Positions 56,428-61,023 of a stretch of 61,023 nt of DNA are shown in pieces. Position 1 is the first letter of the stretch. The number at the start of each line of letters is the position of its first letter. Both the position numbers and the translations under genes were made by a program. Under the pieces are notes generated by a model. It saw nothing but the letters and a program-made list of their open reading frames with translations, had not been told where the DNA came from and made no database searches. The DNA comes from a virus (taxonomy: Duplodnaviria > Heunggongvirae > Uroviricota > Caudoviricetes), in IMG/VR virus record IMGVR_UViG_2740892440_000003; one strand, given 5' to 3'.

Positions 56428-57228
56428 TTAGCGCGTCGCCGCGACAGGCACCAGCACACCAGCATCAAGCAATCGCTTCATCAGCCACTGCTGACCTTTG
56501 CCGGTTATACGAGTCGTGAAAGAAATCCTGCTTCCATTGCTTGTATCGATCACGGTTTCTTTAAGGGTGAAATACCCACGGGATATGTATTCTTGTTTGG
56601 GGACGTTCCTGCGTTCACCGGTTGCGATCAGAATTCCGTTATCACGCAACCAGGTGAAGAGATAGTTTTGGCCCAGGCCGAGGACTTTGGCATAGTTGCC
56701 GATTAGAACCCCGCTGGCGGTAGCAACGCGTTCGGCGAATTCGACTTTAGGTGCATCCATCAGCATTTTTTGCTCCAGCCGTTGCTTTTGCTCTGCCAGG
56801 TCGGCAGCCAAACGGAGAGCTTCAGGGAGACTCTGCGGAATAGCAGGTTGTAATCTTCCAGCTCGATAGTCGATAAATGTCTGGTTTACCTTCAGCCGAA
56901 ACGCGGGAGAAATCCAACCAGCGTACTCCACTGCGAGCAATTCATGGGCAAAAGAGCCGCCGCCACGGCCTTCGAACGAAACTATGCAATTCTGCATAGT
57001 TTCTTTTTCAAGCTCTTCGATGAGCTGTTTAGCTGACAGCGTTCTTAGCCATTGAGCTGGCGCTTTATGGGCACCGAGTCCGCTCGCTCTGTGTAGAGCA
57101 TTAAGGTTGTAACGGCCAGCGCGGTCGGTCGTAATTTCAACACCACAAATAACAGGCAGAGTGGTTGAAGGATCGACATTTTGATGAAGGTTTGATATAT
57201 TCATATCCGCATTGAATGTTTGTTGCAT
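56428..57228 (-). CDS. kilA: KilA (KilA-N DNA-binding domain plus antirepressor-type C-terminal domain)
   Basis: 266 aa; N-terminal KilA-N-like region; C-terminal domain shared with the two Ant-like proteins. Confidence 0.7.
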   Translation of the reverse strand: MQQTFNADMNISNLHQNVDPSTTLPVICGVEITTDRAGRYNLNALHRASGLGAHKAPAQWLRTLSAKQLIEELEKETMQNCIVSFEGRGGGSFAHELLAVEYAGWISPAFRLKVNQTFIDYRAGRLQPAIPQSLPEALRLAADLAEQKQRLEQKMLMDAPKVEFAERVATASGVLIGNYAKVLGLGQNYLFTWLRDNGILIATGERRNVPKQEYISRGYFTLKETVIDTSNGSRISFTTRITGKGQQWLMKRLLDAGVLVPVAATR

Positions 57229-57297
57229 TTTTTCTCCAAATTTGCATCAACCTTCAATCACCAGCTCGAAATGGTGATTCTTTGCACTTAGAAAACA

Positions 57298-57314
57298 AAA
57301 TTTATTAGAGCAAA
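57298..57314 (-). promoter_or_regulatory. C1 operator (16/17), Op53-type upstream of kilA-repL
   Basis: aaatttattagagcaaa. Confidence 0.65.
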
Positions 57315-57392
57315 TTTTTCTGACCCGATCCAGATCGGGTTGGTCGAACTGCTCAGAAACCTGCCAGTTTGCTGGCAGGTTTTTTTCTTTTG

Positions 57393-58427
57393 TTAACCTA
57401 TTGCTACTGGTTTTAACAAACCAGCATCAAGTAGCTTGCGAGTTAACCACTGCTGGCCTTTACCCGTTAATTGGGGCGTCAGCCGTATCTGGTAGCCATT
57501 TTCATCATCCAGCACCACTTCTTTCACCGTGAAATACCCGGCGTTGATGTACTGTTGGCGCGGTACGTTTTTGCGCGTTCCAAAAGCCATGAGAATGCCG
57601 TTCTGGCGCAACCATGAGAACAGGGCGTTTTGCTTAAGTCCAACGACCTTTGCAAAGTTCCCGATCAGGATTCCATTAGCCGCTGATACCCGGTCGGCAA
57701 AATCGACTTTAGGGGCTGCGGCCACCAGCTGTTGTTCCAACTGCATTTTCTGTTCTGCTAACTTGGCAGCCAGGCGTAGGGCTTCTGGTAATGTTTGGGG
57801 GATCGATGGGGTAGGGGAGTTTGCCTGCTGCAATTCTTCCAGTTTGTCGATCAGCGAACGGCGGACCGCTTTTGACTCGCGCGCGGCAACTCGCAGAGCT
57901 TGTTTGTAGGTCATGGTTATAATATCTATTTCTGCGCCGTTTTTTTGACCTACGAAAATTTCGTAGGTTTCTCCTTCAAGCTCATCCTTAACTCTGGCAA
58001 TGAAATCATTGTTGCGAACTGGTTTTTCGCTACATAATTTCCGTGCCTCATTGACCATCTTCAACAATGTTTGGCTGTCGATTGTGTCTCCGGTGTTGGG
58101 GATGACATTCAGGGCTGGTGCTGGCGTAGCTGAAGCAACAGGTGCTGGTTTTTCAACATTTAAATTATTACCGGTCATTCTATGTGCCTCCTTTCTCATT
58201 TCTGCTGCCACTGTTGCGTAACGTAGACGTCCTTGTTCAATCAAATAATCCCTGATCTCGGCTATCAGTAGCTTGTTGATCACAGCCTTATCTGTTCGGG
58301 TATAAAAACGTCTGGTTATCATGAAATAGTTGGCAATTGCGCCGGGGATCTCCCGTGTCGGCATACAGGCAGTATGCAGGGCGATCGCTTCGGCTATGTC
58401 ATTACGGGTGACGAGAGGTTTTTTCAT
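57393..58427 (-). CDS. ant1: antirepressor Ant (immunity I region)
   Basis: 344 aa, downstream of icd with overlapping stop/start; antirepressor C-terminal domain. Confidence 0.75.
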   Translation of the reverse strand: MKKPLVTRNDIAEAIALHTACMPTREIPGAIANYFMITRRFYTRTDKAVINKLLIAEIRDYLIEQGRLRYATVAAEMRKEAHRMTGNNLNVEKPAPVASATPAPALNVIPNTGDTIDSQTLLKMVNEARKLCSEKPVRNNDFIARVKDELEGETYEIFVGQKNGAEIDIITMTYKQALRVAARESKAVRRSLIDKLEELQQANSPTPSIPQTLPEALRLAAKLAEQKMQLEQQLVAAAPKVDFADRVSAANGILIGNFAKVVGLKQNALFSWLRQNGILMAFGTRKNVPRQQYINAGYFTVKEVVLDDENGYQIRLTPQLTGKGQQWLTRKLLDAGLLKPVAIG

Positions 58428-58645
58428 AAACCCCCCTGAACGTCGGCAGAGAAGGGGAGGTTCCAGTAACTAAGTGAATTGCGCGAGTTAGTTGAAAAAC
58501 GGGCAGTAAAAATGCAGGGTCCATCAGGCAATTGAGAGCGTGCTTCGTCTTCTGTTGCTGCGATAACGAAGTGATAGTGGTGTTTTTTACAGGAATAGAA
58601 ACGCCAGATGAATTCTTGGCGTGCGCAAGGATTGGCATTAACCAT
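58424..58645 (-). CDS. icd: Icd (interference with cell division), small protein upstream of ant
   Basis: 73 aa in the canonical position of P1 icd. Confidence 0.65.
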   Translation of the reverse strand: MVNANPCARQEFIWRFYSCKKHHYHFVIAATEDEARSQLPDGPCIFTARFSTNSRNSLSYWNLPFSADVQGGL

Positions 58646-58649
58646 AGTT

Positions 58650-58900
58650 ACGGCCTCACAATCAGGTTTAACAACCTGCTACCCGCTGCTAAACAGGTGG
58701 CAGGACGTGACGGGGTTAGCAGACTGGCGATTGTGATACCAGCAGGCCGAAGCCTCCCCATCACGCCCCACCATAATTTGGGCGTAACGCGGTTTTACGG
58801 ACACAAAAATACCGCAATATCAGATATCTGCGGCTGTCCGCACAATCATTCAGGCTGCTAAACCCGGTCGCAGAATTTGCTACGACGGCGGAACTATAAG
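58650..58900 (-). ncRNA. c4: c4 antisense RNA / leader region (boundaries approximate)
   Basis: Structured GC-rich leader between the Op51-type operator and icd, where P1 encodes c4; exact ends not determined. Confidence 0.3.
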
Positions 58901-58949
58901 CCTGAACGATTAAAAGGTCAATATGATGCGAAAAGATAGCATTCGCGAC

Positions 58950-58966
58950 TTAAAAATACAAATTTA
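58950..58966 (-). promoter_or_regulatory. C1 operator (16/17), Op51-type upstream of the c4-icd-ant operon
   Basis: aaatttattagagcaac. Confidence 0.65.
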
Positions 58967-59265
58967 TTAGAGCAACATGCTGTTGGTATAGGTTTCCATA
59001 TATGCGCATATAAAATTGGAAATTGTATATAATTAGAGAGTGAGTTAGTGTCAATATTAAACCAACTCAACTAAATCAAGTGTAAATTATTAGCAGAGCA
59101 TATAATGTCGATAGTTGATTTTTTTTAGACTTAATATAACGCAGCTTCAGCAATGAAGATCGTATTTTTTATAATAATTGATATACATCAATAGGATTAA
59201 TCTTGTTTGTATTTGGCTTATGTGATAGATTTTCTTGGATTATATTTTTTTCTGGGATGATTCTA

Positions 59266-59778
59266 ATGGCTAAAATTTCTTCTTTATGCGTCATGGTTGT
59301 TTCTGCAATTTTTCTCTCAGGGTGTCAGTCTAATGGTGCTGAATATGCGGCAGATGTGTACGACACAGCCCAACTTAATTCAAAACAAGAAACAAGAGTA
59401 GTAAATATAATCTCTGTTCTCCCAGCCAAAGTAAAAGTTGATAATACAGCTAATAAACAAGCAGCTCAGACTTTCGGTGCTGTTCTCGGTGCAGTAGCTG
59501 GTAGTGTTGCTGGATATAATATTAAAGGAACTTCTACCTTGGGTGCAGTTGCTGGTGGTGCTGGCGGTGGAGCTCTTGGCGCAGCTGCTGGTTCTATGGT
59601 AAGTGATAAATCAATTGTTGAAGGTGTATCTCTTACTTACAAGGAAGGTACTAAAGTCTATACATCTACACAGGTTGGTAGAGCTTGCCAATTTGCCCCT
59701 GGAATCGCGGCTTTGATTTCAACGAAAGAAAACGAAACGCGCATTCAACCTAATGCTACATGTCCTGATAAAAAATAA
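59266..59778 (+). CDS. glycine-zipper outer-membrane lipoprotein (SlyB/PCP-like)
   Basis: Lipobox LSGC; G/A-rich zipper AVLGAVAGSVAG...GAVAGGAGGGALGAAAGS; AT-rich codon usage. Confidence 0.55.
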   Translation: MAKISSLCVMVVSAIFLSGCQSNGAEYAADVYDTAQLNSKQETRVVNIISVLPAKVKVDNTANKQAAQTFGAVLGAVAGSVAGYNIKGTSTLGAVAGGAGGGALGAAAGSMVSDKSIVEGVSLTYKEGTKVYTSTQVGRACQFAPGIAALISTKENETRIQPNATCPDKK

Positions 59779-59789
59779 CTCAATAAGAT

Positions 59790-60329
59790 ATGAAGAAAAT
59801 TATTTGTTATTTATGTTTGGCTGCTTTGAATACAGGCAATGTATTTGCTAATTCATTGCAGAGTCAAATAGCTGCTATTGCCCAGGCAGAAAGTGAAGGT
59901 CGAGCAAGAGAACAGCAGCTGGAGGATGCCAGACTAGAGCAAATTCGCAAGCAAGAAAATGCTGAACGTTTAAGAAGAGAGAGGGCTGCGGCAGCTGCAA
60001 ATGCCCGCGAGAAAGCTCGTATAGCGGCGGAAAATGAGCGCAGAGCGAAGCGTGAAGCTGAATTGACCGCAGAGAAAAAGCGAAATCAGGCTTATGAAGA
60101 TGAGCTTCGTAAATTAGAACTTGAGAAAATGAAGCTTGAGCTACAAGCGAAAGCTGCTCGAGTTAAGAGAGAAAACGATTTCATTGAGCAGGAGCTAAAG
60201 GAAAGGGCTGCAAGAACTGATGTGATTCAGTCTGAAGCTGATGCAAATCGTAACATCTCTTCAGGGAGTAAGGATTTATTGCAAAGCGAAGGTAAAGCAA
60301 GGGAGAAAAAAGCCAGTAGCTGGTGGTAA
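59790..60329 (+). CDS. secreted coiled-coil protein (E/R/A/K-rich, TolA-like composition)
   Basis: N-terminal signal peptide, then a long charged helix. Confidence 0.5.
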   Translation: MKKIICYLCLAALNTGNVFANSLQSQIAAIAQAESEGRAREQQLEDARLEQIRKQENAERLRRERAAAAANAREKARIAAENERRAKREAELTAEKKRNQAYEDELRKLELEKMKLELQAKAARVKRENDFIEQELKERAARTDVIQSEADANRNISSGSKDLLQSEGKAREKKASSWW

Positions 60330-60644
60330 TTTCCGTTGAACCATCCTCTCTTATTACACTCTATGTAGCAAATGGCAACCCGTAGAATCGATTGTTAATA
60401 TCAATTCTACAAGGTTGCCAATGATTTTTTTAAATTTTGGTGTAATAGTCATCTTGTAGAGCTGTATATTCTCTGTAAAAATATCATTTTTAAATTAGCA
60501 TAATCAATCAATTGTGATGGCGATATTAAGTGTTAATGTATATTAGTTTAGAGTGTGATTTCCGTTGGTGTTGGTTATCTTTTATTTCGGGCATGTGATT
60601 TGATTATATAAGCCAGTCCCCTTTATTGATGCAAAGAGTTTGGT

Positions 60645-61023
60645 ATGCGGAAGAAGTTAACATTTTTTGGGACTATTGTTCTATTACTGTTGTGTTACGT
60701 GATTTATCCATGTGTATGGCCTGTTGCAGGCATGATGCTATATGTAGCATATATAACTATCGTAGGTTTTGATAAAAAAAACAAATCATCATCTAAACCA
60801 CCGATTGAGTCGTCAAATAGACCGTCAATCAAACCATTAAATAAATCGTTATTAAATTCGTTAAATAAGCCGTTATTTAAGCCGTTATTAAAGCCGTTAA
60901 ATGAACCCTTAGTTAAACCGTTAACAAAGCCATTAACAAAACCGTCAGATGAACGATTATATGGACACCGACGTGGACTGTTAGCATGGTGGCAAACTGT
61001 TGACGCTGACGCAGAAAACTGGC
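60645..61023 (+). CDS. membrane protein with KPL(x) tetrapeptide tandem repeats, 3'-truncated by the window end
   Basis: ATG at 60645 after an AAGAG RBS; N-terminal TM helices; 12-bp periodic DNA repeats at about 60790-60950; the frame is open to the window end. Confidence 0.45.
   Translation, partial: MRKKLTFFGTIVLLLLCYVIYPCVWPVAGMMLYVAYITIVGFDKKNKSSSKPPIESSNRPSIKPLNKSLLNSLNKPLFKPLLKPLNEPLVKPLTKPLTKPSDERLYGHRRGLLAWWQTVDADAENW

Overview
The window is about 61 kb of a P1-family temperate phage-plasmid genome, inverted relative to the conventional P1 map. Backbone recognised directly from the sequence: an exact 34-bp loxP site and Cre, Ref, the immunity C region (coi, c1), terminase pacA/pacB with a GATC-rich pac site, lpa, phd-doc, the immunity I region (c4 leader, icd, ant) with kilA and repL, the plasmid replicon (oriR with DnaA boxes, incC iterons, repA, incA iterons), parA/parB/parS, the bifunctional methyltransferase dmt, hrdC, the ban helicase, three tRNA genes, plp/upl, head/sheath/baseplate-like genes, a ppp phosphatase block, and at least 11 copies of the 17-bp C1 operator. 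Accessory content that stands out: (1) a SIR2-domain gene with an upstream partner where P1 carries its type III res/mod; (2) an EcoR124-like type IC hsdMSR island with three TAEL repeats in hsdS; (3) a 341-aa LAGLIDADG intein inserted at the catalytic PCQ cysteine of the Dmt C5-methyltransferase domain; (4) a second, diverged icd/ant module between c1 and pacB; (5) three tRNA-like minihelix elements upstream of the tRNA genes; (6) an AT-rich two-gene module near repL; (7) a 28-codon hydrophobic ORF beside a C1 operator. Five genes (441-933, hsdR, ban, dmt, 52570-53150) show single-base frame breaks, all at or next to short homopolymer runs, which looks more like sequencing error than biology. 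All protein identifications are from reading the translations and from memory of the families; no database search was run.
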